Part shown: positions 52,956 through 62,346 of the stretch, in pieces
Numbering within the stretch: position 1 is the stretch's first letter
How the letters are laid out: each line of letters opens with the position of its first letter
Origin: Candidatus Omnitrophota bacterium
GTDB taxonomy: Bacteria; Omnitrophota; Gorgyraeia; Tantalellales; Tantalellaceae
Direction of reading: 5' to 3'
Length of the DNA: 64,000 nt
Assembly: GCA_014728075.1 (NCBI GenBank)
Contig: WJMG01000091.1
Location: forward strand, 13,181-77,180
Program-made: the position numbers and the translations under genes
The notes under the pieces: generated by a model
Database searches by the model: none
What the model was told of the DNA's origin: nothing
What the model saw: only the letters and a program-made list of their open reading frames with translations

Positions 52956-54213
52956 GCTGGTCATAGAAGGAGGGGCTCCCCTTGCCGGGGAGATACAGAT
53001 AAGCGGTTCCAAGAACGCGTGCCTTCCCATCCTCGCGGCTTCAATACTCACCGAGGACGAATGTGTCATCGGTAATGTCCCTGAGCTTAAGGATGTCGGG
53101 ACGATGATAAAGATACTGGGGGCCCTGGGCAAGAACGCGCGTATAGATTCAGGTTCTGTTTCGGTAAAAGCGGGTAAGATAGATAATGTTACGGCATCTT
53201 ACGATCTCGTGAGCACGATGCGGGCGTCAATCTCCGTTCTGGGCCCGCTTCTCGGGAAATACGGAAGGGCAAAGGTTTCGTTCCCGGGGGGGTGTGTGAT
53301 CGGCCCCAGGCCGATAGACCTCCATCTGAAGGGCCTGAGGGCCCTGGGAGCGGATATCAGGATAGAGGAAGGTTATATCATAGCGGACGCTCCCAGGCTC
53401 AAGGGGGCAAGAGTATACCTGGGAGGGCATTTCGGATCCAGTGTACTGGCTACCGCCAACACTCTTTCCGCGGCCGTTCTGGCCGAAGGTGAGACGGTGA
53501 TCGAGGACGCCGCATGTGAGCCGGAAGTCGAGGACCTTTCAAATTTCCTGGTAGCGATGGGGGCGGACATTTCAGGGATAGGGACCCCTACCCTTGTAGT
53601 GAGAGGCGTCGATTCGCTCAGAGGCGTGTCTTACGATGTGATATCCGACAGGATAGAGGCCGGTACATATATGATAGCGGCGATATTGACGGGGGGAAGG
53701 CTCTCTCTTAAGAACGCTTTCGCGGGACATAACCTTGCGCTAATAGATAAGCTCAGCGAATGCGGAGGTGTCGTTGAGGAGCATGCATGGGGGCTTGAGG
53801 TATACAGGCGCGGAGAGGATATAGAAGCTACTCATATCACGACCTTGACCTATCCCGGTTTTCCGACGGACCTTCAGGCTCAGATGATGAGCCTGGTCGC
53901 TCTGAGCAGAGGGATAAGTGTAATAACCGAGAAAATATACCCCGAAAGGTTCATAAATATAAGCGAGCTTAACAGGATGGGCGCGGATATAATGCTGGAA
54001 GGTTCTTCCGCGATAATAAACGGCGTTGACCGTTTGAGCGGGACAAGGGTCATGGCTTCCGATCTGAGAGCGTCAGCCGCCCTGGTGCTTGCCGGGCTGG
54101 TAGCGGAAGGTGTTACCGAGATCTCCAGGATATACCACCTTGACAGGGGATATGAGAAGATAGAGAAAAAATTATCCGAGGTCGGAGCTAAAATACGCAG
54201 GGAAAGCGAATGA
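52948..54213 (+). CDS. murA: UDP-N-acetylglucosamine 1-carboxyvinyltransferase
   Basis: [24 protein letters not shown] and full-length EPSP-synthase-fold similarity. Confidence 0.95.
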   Translation: MDKLVIEGGAPLAGEIQISGSKNACLPILAASILTEDECVIGNVPELKDVGTMIKILGALGKNARIDSGSVSVKAGKIDNVTASYDLVSTMRASISVLGPLLGKYGRAKVSFPGGCVIGPRPIDLHLKGLRALGADIRIEEGYIIADAPRLKGARVYLGGHFGSSVLATANTLSAAVLAEGETVIEDAACEPEVEDLSNFLVAMGADISGIGTPTLVVRGVDSLRGVSYDVISDRIEAGTYMIAAILTGGRLSLKNAFAGHNLALIDKLSECGGVVEEHAWGLEVYRRGEDIEATHITTLTYPGFPTDLQAQMMSLVALSRGISVITEKIYPERFINISELNRMGADIMLEGSSAIINGVDRLSGTRVMASDLRASAALVLAGLVAEGVTEISRIYHLDRGYEKIEKKLSEVGAKIRRESE

Positions 54214-54343
54214 TCTGAAAAGGATCGCCTGAGAGCTATTCGCTGAGAGGTTTAGAGAAACGGGAAAGTCCGTAAAGGTTAGTCAGGCAGCCCGGTATGC
54301 TATGCCGGGGGCAGGCATAAAATGAAACAAGGAGGATAAAGTA

Positions 54344-54586
54344 ATGTCGGTAGTATTGAGATTGAAGAAGTTCGGCAGTAAGAAAAACCCCTTTTACAGG
54401 ATCGTTGCCATGACCAAATCCACGAAAAGGGACGGAAGGGCCCTGGAAGAGCTCGGGCATTATGACCCCAAAAAGGGTAAGGATAAGGTTACTCTTGACA
54501 GGGAGAGGGTCGGGTACTGGCTCAAGAACGGCGCAAAGCCTTCCGAAACGGTAAGCAGCATAATAAAAAGACTAGAGATCGGTTGA
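54344..54586 (+). CDS. rpsP: 30S ribosomal protein S16
   Basis: MSVVLRLKKFGSKKNPFYRIVAMTKSTKRDGRALEELGHYDP. A GGAGG RBS is present. Confidence 0.95.
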   Translation: MSVVLRLKKFGSKKNPFYRIVAMTKSTKRDGRALEELGHYDPKKGKDKVTLDRERVGYWLKNGAKPSETVSSIIKRLEIG

Positions 54587-54620
54587 TCGTCAGGGAGTAT
54601 TTGCTATTCAGCGGAGTTCC

Positions 54621-55304
54621 ATGAAAATAGACATAATCACTCTGTTCCCCGGCATGTTCAGCGGTCCTTTCGATGAGTCCATAATAAAACGGGCGAAGCA
54701 AAAAGGACTGGTGGATGTATGCATACACGACCTGAGGAAATGGACGGATGATCTTCATCGTACGGTCGACGACAAGCCTTACGGGGGAGGCCCGGGGATG
54801 GTCATGAAGGTCGAACCCGTGGACAGGGCGCTTTCCGAGATCAGGCCCGGGCCTGGATCCTATACGGAAGTTATCCTTATAACGCCGCAGGGAAATAGAT
54901 TTGACCAGAGTACAGCCCGGGACCTGTCCGGAAAGGACCGTCTTATCTTTATTTGCGGCCATTACGAGGGGTTCGACGAAAGGATCAGGTCTCTCGTCGA
55001 TTCAGAGATATCGATAGGCGATTTCGTGCTTACATGCGGAGAGTTGCCTGCCATGGTAATATGCGATTCTGTCATAAGGCTCCTGCCCGGTGTGCTGGGT
55101 GACGAGGCATGTCTTGAACATGAATCCTTTGAGCACGGGTTGCTTGAGTATCCCCAGTATACCCGACCCGCTGATTATAAAGGCATGAAGGTCCCCGGGG
55201 TGCTTCTGTGCGGGGACCCCAAAAAAATATCCGCATGGCAGGAACAGATGTCCCTGGAAAGGACGAAAGAAAGAAGGCCGGACCTTTTAAAGCACAGGAA
55301 GTGA
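54621..55304 (+). CDS. trmD: tRNA (guanine37-N1)-methyltransferase
   Basis: MKIDIITLFPGMF...DKPYGGGPGMVM...ICGHYEGFDERI. Confidence 0.9.
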   Translation: MKIDIITLFPGMFSGPFDESIIKRAKQKGLVDVCIHDLRKWTDDLHRTVDDKPYGGGPGMVMKVEPVDRALSEIRPGPGSYTEVILITPQGNRFDQSTARDLSGKDRLIFICGHYEGFDERIRSLVDSEISIGDFVLTCGELPAMVICDSVIRLLPGVLGDEACLEHESFEHGLLEYPQYTRPADYKGMKVPGVLLCGDPKKISAWQEQMSLERTKERRPDLLKHRK

Positions 55305-55375
55305 TGAAGCGCCGCTGAGCGGCGCCTTCTGGCATAGAAGACAATGTAACAGAGAGCAGATCTACAGGAGGAAAA

Positions 55376-55738
55376 ATGAAACAGATAAAGGACCTGGAAT
55401 CAAAATACATCAAAAAGGATGTTCCCGATTTTAATGTGGGGGATACCGTTGATGTCCATTTCCGGATCAAGGAAGAGAACAAAATGCGTATACAGGTCTT
55501 CAACGGCATAGTGATAAGCCGCAAAGGAGACGGTACGCGTGAGATGTTCACCGTCAGGAGAATATCGTACGGCGAGGGTGTGGAGCGCATTTTCCCCCTT
55601 AATTCACCTCTGGTTGAAAAAATAGTGGTAAAGAAAAAGGGTGAGGTCAGAAGGGCAAAACTTTATTATCTCAGGGCCAAGAAAGGAAAGAAGGCTACAC
55701 GGGTAAAGGAGAAAATTGTCCACAAAAAAGAATCCTGA
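55376..55738 (+). CDS. rplS: 50S ribosomal protein L19
   Basis: [42 protein letters not shown] is present. Confidence 0.95.
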   Translation: MKQIKDLESKYIKKDVPDFNVGDTVDVHFRIKEENKMRIQVFNGIVISRKGDGTREMFTVRRISYGEGVERIFPLNSPLVEKIVVKKKGEVRRAKLYYLRAKKGKKATRVKEKIVHKKES

Positions 55739-56351
55739 GCCGGCAGATCGGCTGCTTTTCGAGAAAAAAGCCTTTGATGAAGGATTCGGTGCCGTAGCCG
55801 GCATAGACGAAGCCGGAAGGGGCCCTCTGGCAGGTCCCGTGGTCGCGGCCGCCGTGGTAGTGATCAACTCCGATTTTTCGGAAAGGATAGATGATTCAAA
55901 AAAACTGACAGAGCGCGCCAGGGAAAGAGCCTTTCTGGAGATAATGGACAAATGCGATGTGGGTATCGGCAGGGCCGAGGTTGAAGATATAGATACGATC
56001 AATATATTGAACGCTACCCTGCTGGCCATGAAAAGGGCCGTTCACGATCTTTCGCGCCGGCCCGATTACCTCCTTGTGGACGGTATGATGGACCTTGACC
56101 TGCCGCAGGAAAGGATGTGTCTTGTAAGAGGAGAGGCCCACAGTATCTCTATAGCCTGCGCTTCCATCGTTGCTAAGGTTTTCCGGGACAAGCTAATGGC
56201 CGAATATGAGCGTGAATATCCTGTATACGGCTTCGGCAGGCATAAGGGGTATGGCACAAAAGCGCACATAGAGGCGATAAGAGAACACGGTCTGTGTCCG
56301 ATACACCGCAGGTCTTTCGGTCCGTGCGGAGCTCAGGGGCGCAGAGATTAA
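55716..56351 (+). CDS. rnhB: Ribonuclease HII. The TTG start overlaps the rplS 3' end and the exact start is uncertain.
   Basis: [19 protein letters not shown]...LLVDG...HKGYG. Confidence 0.9.
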   Translation: MSTKKNPEPADRLLFEKKAFDEGFGAVAGIDEAGRGPLAGPVVAAAVVVINSDFSERIDDSKKLTERARERAFLEIMDKCDVGIGRAEVEDIDTINILNATLLAMKRAVHDLSRRPDYLLVDGMMDLDLPQERMCLVRGEAHSISIACASIVAKVFRDKLMAEYEREYPVYGFGRHKGYGTKAHIEAIREHGLCPIHRRSFGPCGAQGRRD

Positions 56352-56407
56352 AGGAGCCGTAGTATTTTCCGCCGGTCTTCGGTCGAGAAGAAAAAAAGGA
56401 GTTCAAG

Positions 56408-58108
56408 ATGGCTTACAGTTATGACGCAAAGGTGGCTTCCGGTATCAAGCTTAAAAAGATAGAGGATATAGCCAAAAAGGCGGGAATTACATCCAAATAC
56501 CTTATCCCTCACGGCAAATATGTGGCCAAAGTGTCGGCGGATATATTGAATTCTCTGAAAAAAAGGAAGAACGGCAAGCATGTGCTGGTGACATCAATAA
56601 CCCCGACCCATCTCGGTGAAGGTAAAACGGTTAATACCATAGGGCTTTCGATGGCCCTTAACAAGCTCGGCAAAAAGTCCATCGCGTGTCTCCGGCAGCC
56701 GTCACTCGGACCTACTTTCGGCATCAAGGGCGGAGCGGCGGGAGGAGGGCATTCCCAGGTCCTGCCGACGGATATTATTAACATGAACCTTACCGGTGAC
56801 TCTTATGCCGTTGCCAACGCGCAGAACCTTTGCGCGGCTTTTCTCGATAACAGCCTTTTCTGGGATAATCACCTCCATATAGACAAGGACAGTATCAACT
56901 GGAAAAGGGTCTCGGAGCTCAACGACAGGTCGCTCAGGAATATTTCCATAGGCGGCGGCGGCAAGCTTCACGGTGTAAGCCGGAAAAGCGGGATAGATAT
57001 AACGGCCGCCGGGGAATGCATGGCCATTCTTTCGCTGGCGGAAAATCTCAAGGACCTCCGGTCCCGGCTCGCGAAAGTTATAGTGGCTTTCAATAAAAAA
57101 GGAAAGCCCGTAACTGCCGAAGATCTGGGCGTCGCGGGAGCGATGACCGCAATGATGAAGGAGGCCCTTAATCCTAATATTATGCAGACTATCGAACATA
57201 CCCCGTGCTTTGTACACACGGGCGCCTTCGCCAATGTGTCTCACGGGTCGAGCTCGGTCATAGCAGATAAGATCGCCATAAAATTATCCGATTATACCGT
57301 CACCGAGACCGGTTTCGGGGTGGACCTGGGTGCCGAGAAGTTCATAGACATAAAAGCGCGTGAAGCCGGATTCAGGCCGGATGTAGCCGTGCTGAACTGT
57401 TCCGTACGGGCCCTTAAGATACATAGCGGCGATTTTTCCGTCAAAGGGGGTGTTCTGCCCTCCGATATCAGGAAAGAGAACCTTTCCGCCGTAGACCGTG
57501 GATGTTCCAACCTGGAGAAGCAGGTCGAGAACCTGAAGATGTTCGGTGTGCCTATAGTTATCTGCATTAACAAATTCGATTCGGATACCAAAAAAGAGAT
57601 CGATGTGGTCATAAAACGGGCCGAGGCGCTCGGTGTTCACGGGATAGCGGTAAGTAATGTGTACAAAGAAGGCGGCAAGGGCGGTGTTGAGATGGCTAAA
57701 GCCGTAATAGAGGCGTCTAAGGAAAAGTCCAGGATGACTTTTCTTTACCCTCTCGATATGAACCTCAGAAGCAAGATCGAAAGGGTGGCCAAATCTATGT
57801 ACGGAGCCAGTGAAGTGAAATATTCGGAACAGGTACTGGCAAAGATCGAGTGCGTAGAGGGCACTTCACTTGACGAATTGCCTGTATGTATGGCCAAGAC
57901 CCAGCTCTCATTGTCAAATAATCCTAATAAGAAAGGCCGTCCCAGGGGTTTTAAACTTACCATCGACGACATCGATATAGCCGCGGGCGCGGGGTATATA
58001 GTGGCCAAGTGCGAGGGTGTGAACACCATGCCGGGCTTGCCTAAGAAACCGCGTGGTGCCGGCATCGATGTGGACCTCAAGACCGGTGATATAAAAGGCC
58101 TTGTCTGA
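56408..58108 (+). CDS. fhs: Formate--tetrahydrofolate ligase
   Basis: 566 aa with KYLIPHGKYVAKVS...TPTHLGEGKTV (the FTHFS P-loop). Confidence 0.95.
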   Translation: MAYSYDAKVASGIKLKKIEDIAKKAGITSKYLIPHGKYVAKVSADILNSLKKRKNGKHVLVTSITPTHLGEGKTVNTIGLSMALNKLGKKSIACLRQPSLGPTFGIKGGAAGGGHSQVLPTDIINMNLTGDSYAVANAQNLCAAFLDNSLFWDNHLHIDKDSINWKRVSELNDRSLRNISIGGGGKLHGVSRKSGIDITAAGECMAILSLAENLKDLRSRLAKVIVAFNKKGKPVTAEDLGVAGAMTAMMKEALNPNIMQTIEHTPCFVHTGAFANVSHGSSSVIADKIAIKLSDYTVTETGFGVDLGAEKFIDIKAREAGFRPDVAVLNCSVRALKIHSGDFSVKGGVLPSDIRKENLSAVDRGCSNLEKQVENLKMFGVPIVICINKFDSDTKKEIDVVIKRAEALGVHGIAVSNVYKEGGKGGVEMAKAVIEASKEKSRMTFLYPLDMNLRSKIERVAKSMYGASEVKYSEQVLAKIECVEGTSLDELPVCMAKTQLSLSNNPNKKGRPRGFKLTIDDIDIAAGAGYIVAKCEGVNTMPGLPKKPRGAGIDVDLKTGDIKGLV

Positions 58109-58138
58109 ATAAGACTTTCACTTACATGAGGGGGTTCC

Positions 58139-58750
58139 ATGAACGGAAGTTACATGGAAGGGGAATTCAGCGCATTTCTCGGGGACTTGTCTTCCAGGAA
58201 GATGACCCCGGGAGGAGGCAGCGCATCCGCCGCGGCGGCGGCTCTGGGGGCGGCGCTTAACTTGATGGTTATAAATTACACTCTAGACAAGGACGGGAAA
58301 GGTCCGGAAGACCTGGTCCGTTCGGGCGAACAGCAAAGGGCCGTGCTGGAAAGCCTTAAAGTCCTTGTCGACAAGGATTGCGAAGTCTTCCGGGAACTCA
58401 TGAAAGGCCTTTCATCCGGGTCGGGTGACCTCCAGGAGCTTTACAGGAAGGCGGCGATGGTGCCCGCGGAGATCTGCCGACTTTCTTTCGCTTCGGCGGA
58501 GATCTCCTTGTTCCTCGCTAAGGAAGGGAACAGGAACCTTATCTCCGATGTCGGATGCGCGGCCTCGATCCTGCGCTCTTCTTACTCGGCGGCAAGGCAT
58601 AATGTATGCGTTAATCTCAGGCACATCGATGATAGAAAGTTCGTTCGAGAGCTTTCTTCCGAATTGGACATAAAGCGGGAAGAGATCTTTCACCTGGATA
58701 AGGCCGTACAGTTAATGATCGAAGATGCTCTTAAACGAAAGGACCGGTGA
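58139..58750 (+). CDS. Cyclodeaminase/cyclohydrolase family protein (FchA-like methenyl-THF cyclohydrolase / FtcD C-domain family)
   Basis: LGDLSSRKMTPGGGSASAAAAALGAALNLMVINYT is the cyclodeaminase-family N-terminal signature. The gene lies between fhs and folD. Confidence 0.75.
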   Translation: MNGSYMEGEFSAFLGDLSSRKMTPGGGSASAAAAALGAALNLMVINYTLDKDGKGPEDLVRSGEQQRAVLESLKVLVDKDCEVFRELMKGLSSGSGDLQELYRKAAMVPAEICRLSFASAEISLFLAKEGNRNLISDVGCAASILRSSYSAARHNVCVNLRHIDDRKFVRELSSELDIKREEIFHLDKAVQLMIEDALKRKDR

Positions 58751-58751
58751 G

Positions 58752-59609
58752 ATGGTCAAAATGGTCAACGGCAGGGCGATAGCCCGTAAAAGCAACGATT
58801 CGGTCAAGGAAAAGATCGCCGGCATTGTTTCCGGGGGCGGCGGTCCGTTAAAGCTCGTATCGGTGTCGGTCGGTTCTAACGAAGGCGCCAGGATATATAT
58901 GGCGATGCAGAAGAGGGCGGCGGAATATGTTGGGATCGATTTCGAAACTATAGAACTGCCGGGGGCGACATCCCAGGAGGAACTGTTTGCCCTGATAAAC
59001 GAACTTAACGGCGACCGGGGCGTTACGGCTATGATCGTTCAATCCCCGGTACCTGCCCGGATAGACCACAACAGGGCCGTCGCGGCCGTTGCCCCTTTCA
59101 AGGACGCCGAGGGTATACATCCGTACAATCTCGGCAAGATCCTTCGTATGGAAGCCGATATAGTTCCATGTACCCCGGGTGCCGTTATGAAGATCCTGCG
59201 GAATATAGGATGTGAGCTTTACGGCAAGGAGGTCGTGATAATCGGACACTCCGCTATAGTCGGCAAACCCCTGAGCCTTATGATGCTTAACGAGAACGCT
59301 ACGACGACCGTGTGCCATCTCGCGACCAGCGAAAAGGGGGATATAATATCCCATTCCCGAAAGGCGGATATCCTCGTCGTGGCGGCGGGAGCTGCGGGGC
59401 TTGTCAAAAGCGGATGGATAAAAGAAGGGGCGGTAGTCGTTGATGTGGGGATAAATAAAGTGGACGGCGGAGTGGTCGGAGATGTGGATCCGCGCGCGGC
59501 CTCTGAGAAAGCGTCTTATCTTACGCCCGTGCCCGGCGGGGTGGGGCCGGTCACTGTCTCGATCCTCATGCGGAATGTTCTGAGGGCATATCTGGAACAG
59601 AAAGGTTAG
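58752..59609 (+). CDS. folD: Bifunctional 5,10-methylene-THF dehydrogenase / methenyl-THF cyclohydrolase
   Basis: VNGRAIARK...PGGVGPVTVSILMRN. ATG 58752 overlaps the upstream stop. Confidence 0.9.
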   Translation: MVKMVNGRAIARKSNDSVKEKIAGIVSGGGGPLKLVSVSVGSNEGARIYMAMQKRAAEYVGIDFETIELPGATSQEELFALINELNGDRGVTAMIVQSPVPARIDHNRAVAAVAPFKDAEGIHPYNLGKILRMEADIVPCTPGAVMKILRNIGCELYGKEVVIIGHSAIVGKPLSLMMLNENATTTVCHLATSEKGDIISHSRKADILVVAAGAAGLVKSGWIKEGAVVVDVGINKVDGGVVGDVDPRAASEKASYLTPVPGGVGPVTVSILMRNVLRAYLEQKG

Positions 59610-59618
59610 AGGTGACAA

Positions 59619-60359
59619 ATGGGAAGAGTATCACTTGAACTTGTGCCTAGAAGTGAAGAGTCCTTCACGGTTGAACTTGAAGAGGTCCGAGAAAGGTTCT
59701 CCTGCATAGACACCCTAAATATTCCCGATATTTTAAAATTCGATATGCGTATACCTGAAGCCTGCAGGGTCGCCGCCCCTTTTTTCAGTAATATTATCCC
59801 TCATATACGCGCGGTTTCCGTCCACAGGGAGAAGCCGTTGCCTTTCAAACGGTATTTCCAGGAGCTCGGAATAAAAGAAGCGCTTGTGATCCTCGGAGAT
59901 AACCCGGAAATAGTCTCTGAGAGCGAAATGCCCTGCGACAGCCCGGGCCTCATACGCAAGATAAAGAAGGAAATGCCCGGCGTGAAGGTTTACGCTGGAA
60001 TAGATCAGTGGCGGACCACCATTGAGGAAGAAATAGCTTACGCCGGAGAGAAGATCGACGCCGGAGCGGACGGTTTTTTCACCCAGCCGTTTTTTGATAT
60101 CGATCACATGCGTAAATGGGGGGAACACCTTACGGATACCGAGATATTCTGGGGAGTAGCTCCCGTTATAAGAGAATCTTCGCGTAAATACTGGGAAAAT
60201 AAGAACAAGGTGGTCTTCCCCGAGAATTTCGCCTGCAGCATGGAGTGGAATAAAGACTTTGCCCGGGAAGTGCTGGATTTTTCAGGCTCCGAGAATTCCC
60301 ATGTGTATTTTTGTCCGATAACGGTGGATTTTGTGGATTATCTTACCGGTATTATATGA
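59619..60359 (+). CDS. metF: Short MetF-like 5,10-methylenetetrahydrofolate reductase
   Basis: VSLELVPRSEESF aligns with E. coli MetF SFEFFPPRTSEME. IDAGADGFFTQPFFDIDHMRKW aligns with MetF VDAGANRAITQFFFDVESYLRF. The product is only 246 aa. Confidence 0.65.
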   Translation: MGRVSLELVPRSEESFTVELEEVRERFSCIDTLNIPDILKFDMRIPEACRVAAPFFSNIIPHIRAVSVHREKPLPFKRYFQELGIKEALVILGDNPEIVSESEMPCDSPGLIRKIKKEMPGVKVYAGIDQWRTTIEEEIAYAGEKIDAGADGFFTQPFFDIDHMRKWGEHLTDTEIFWGVAPVIRESSRKYWENKNKVVFPENFACSMEWNKDFAREVLDFSGSENSHVYFCPITVDFVDYLTGII

Positions 60360-60373
60360 TAGAGGTCGGCAAA

Positions 60374-61177
60374 ATGGGTTACCGAAACGAAGTAATATCA
60401 TCGATCGAGGCGAAAAAAAAGCGTGGTCAAAAGATAACCATGCTTACCGCATACGATTATCCTACCGGCCGTATGGTGGACCGGGCAGGTATAGATGCCG
60501 TTCTTGTGGGTGATTCTCTCGGGATGGTGGTGCTGGGGTATGAAACGACGAGAAAGGTCACAATGGACGATATGTTACACCACGCCAGGGCAGTTAGAAA
60601 AGGCGTTGAGCGTGCTCTGCTTGTAGGGGATATGCCGTATATGTCGTGTGAGCCTGACGAAGACGCCGCCGTCAGGAACGCCAGGAGATTTATCCGGGAG
60701 GCCGGTTGCGATGCCGTTAAGGTGGAAGGCGGGACCGGCGTCGTCAGCAGGATAGAAGCTATAATAGCCGACGGGATACCCGTTATGGGGCATGTAGGGC
60801 TTACCCCTCAGAGCGTGGACGAGGGGAACGGGTTTAAGGTAAAAGGCCGCGGGAAAGAGGATGCCGAGAAGATAATAAAAGACGCGGCTGCGGTCCAGGG
60901 CGCGGGGTGTTTTTCCGTGGTCCTCGAATGTGTTCCGGCCGTTCTGGCCGGAAAAATAACCGCAGAACTTACTATACCCACTATCGGCATCGGGGCCGGG
61001 CCCTCCTGCGACGGGCAGGTCCTGGTGATCCACGACCTTCTGGGGATGTTCGATAAATTCGTCCCGAAATTCGTTAAACGATACGCTGACCTTAATGCTG
61101 AGGCGGTCAGGGCCATCGAGGCTTTCAAGCAGGAAGTGGAGTCGGGGGAATTCCCTTCCGCGGACAGTTCGTTTTGA
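60374..61177 (+). CDS. panB: 3-methyl-2-oxobutanoate hydroxymethyltransferase
   Basis: ITMLTAYDYPTGRMVDRAGIDAVLVGDSLGMVVLGYETT. ATG 60374 was chosen over the track start at 60311. Confidence 0.9.
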   Translation: MGYRNEVISSIEAKKKRGQKITMLTAYDYPTGRMVDRAGIDAVLVGDSLGMVVLGYETTRKVTMDDMLHHARAVRKGVERALLVGDMPYMSCEPDEDAAVRNARRFIREAGCDAVKVEGGTGVVSRIEAIIADGIPVMGHVGLTPQSVDEGNGFKVKGRGKEDAEKIIKDAAAVQGAGCFSVVLECVPAVLAGKITAELTIPTIGIGAGPSCDGQVLVIHDLLGMFDKFVPKFVKRYADLNAEAVRAIEAFKQEVESGEFPSADSSF

Positions 61178-61195
61178 CCGGAACGGTGCCATCGA

Positions 61196-62335
61196 ATGAA
61201 AAATTACCTTGATAACTGGGAAAAGATCTTCGGCGTAAGAAGGGCAAAAAGAATATTTATAGCCGCTACCAGGCAGAATGTAGGTAAGACCACGATATCG
61301 CTCGGATTACTGGCAGCCATGCGGAAACGGTTCGACGGGGTCGGTTTCATCAAGCCGGTAGGGCAACGGTATCTGGAAAAACACGGGTTCAAGGTTGACG
61401 AGGACTCCCTGTTGATGGACCGGATATTCGATTTCGGGCTTCCTCTCGACGCTCTTTCCCCTGTAGCTATCGATAAAGGATTTACGGAGAGGTATCTTGA
61501 CGGGCTTGTCGGAAAAGATGCCAATAAGCAGATAACCGATTCTTTCCGGCTTGTGGCCGAGGGAAGGGACATGGTGGTCATAGAAGGGACCGGCCACGCG
61601 GGCGTAGGGTCGGTGTTCGATCTTTCTAACGCCGATGTGGCGAAAATGCTGGGTGCCGGGGTGATACTTGTCTCTCCGGGCGGAATAGGCAACCCTATTG
61701 ATGTGATCATGCTGAACAAGGCTTTGTTCGACAGTAAAGGAGTAAGGATAGCCGGTGTTATCGTCAATAAGGTCCGCCCGGCAAAGTACGAAAAGGTCAA
61801 TAAATATGTCCGCCTCGGGCTTAACCGGCTCGGCATACCTGTCCTGGGAGTTGTTCCTTACATGGAAATGCTCGATGCTCCCACTCTCAGGGATTTTAAG
61901 GAAGAACTTGATATGCATGTTCTCTGCGGAGAGGAATTCCTTGACCGGCAGACTAAAAAAGTACTTGTCGGCGCGATGGAGGTTAAAGAAGCCGTACATT
62001 TTATAGAGAACGATTGTTTGATGATCACTCCCGGTGACAGGACGGATCTTTTGAACCATATAATCAAAATGCATTCATCCAGGTATAAGTTCAGATTGAG
62101 AATGACCGGGCTCGTTCTTTCCGGCGGTATGGTTCCCAGGCGGAGGGTCTTCAACGCTCTAAAAAAAGCCGGGATACCGGTCCTTATGACCAGAAGGGAC
62201 ACTTACGATGTTGCTTCAAGGATCCACGATCTGACGGTGAAGATCAAGTCCCGCGATGTCAACAAGATCAAGATCGCTATAGATATGTTCGAAAAACATG
62301 TGGATATGGATGCGGTCACGAGGGCTATAGGCTAG
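61196..62335 (+). CDS. Standalone phosphotransacetylase N-terminal-like protein (CobQ/MinD-like P-loop domain plus DRTGG domain)
   Basis: IFIAATRQNVGKTTISLGLLAAMRKRFDGVGFIKPVGQ aligns with the E. coli Pta N-terminus ([38 protein letters not shown]). The downstream DRTGG-like segment is MITPGDRTDLLNHII...GLVLSGG. There is no acetyltransferase domain. Confidence 0.7.
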   Translation: MKNYLDNWEKIFGVRRAKRIFIAATRQNVGKTTISLGLLAAMRKRFDGVGFIKPVGQRYLEKHGFKVDEDSLLMDRIFDFGLPLDALSPVAIDKGFTERYLDGLVGKDANKQITDSFRLVAEGRDMVVIEGTGHAGVGSVFDLSNADVAKMLGAGVILVSPGGIGNPIDVIMLNKALFDSKGVRIAGVIVNKVRPAKYEKVNKYVRLGLNRLGIPVLGVVPYMEMLDAPTLRDFKEELDMHVLCGEEFLDRQTKKVLVGAMEVKEAVHFIENDCLMITPGDRTDLLNHIIKMHSSRYKFRLRMTGLVLSGGMVPRRRVFNALKKAGIPVLMTRRDTYDVASRIHDLTVKIKSRDVNKIKIAIDMFEKHVDMDAVTRAIG

Positions 62336-62346
62336 TTGAAAGGTAC

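Noticed and set aside
54214-54343. Possible structured leader or ncRNA upstream of rpsP (CCGG...CCGG segments).
   Set aside because: The apparent inverted repeats are only short self-complementary CCGG tetramers. There is no extended stem or conserved motif I can recognise.
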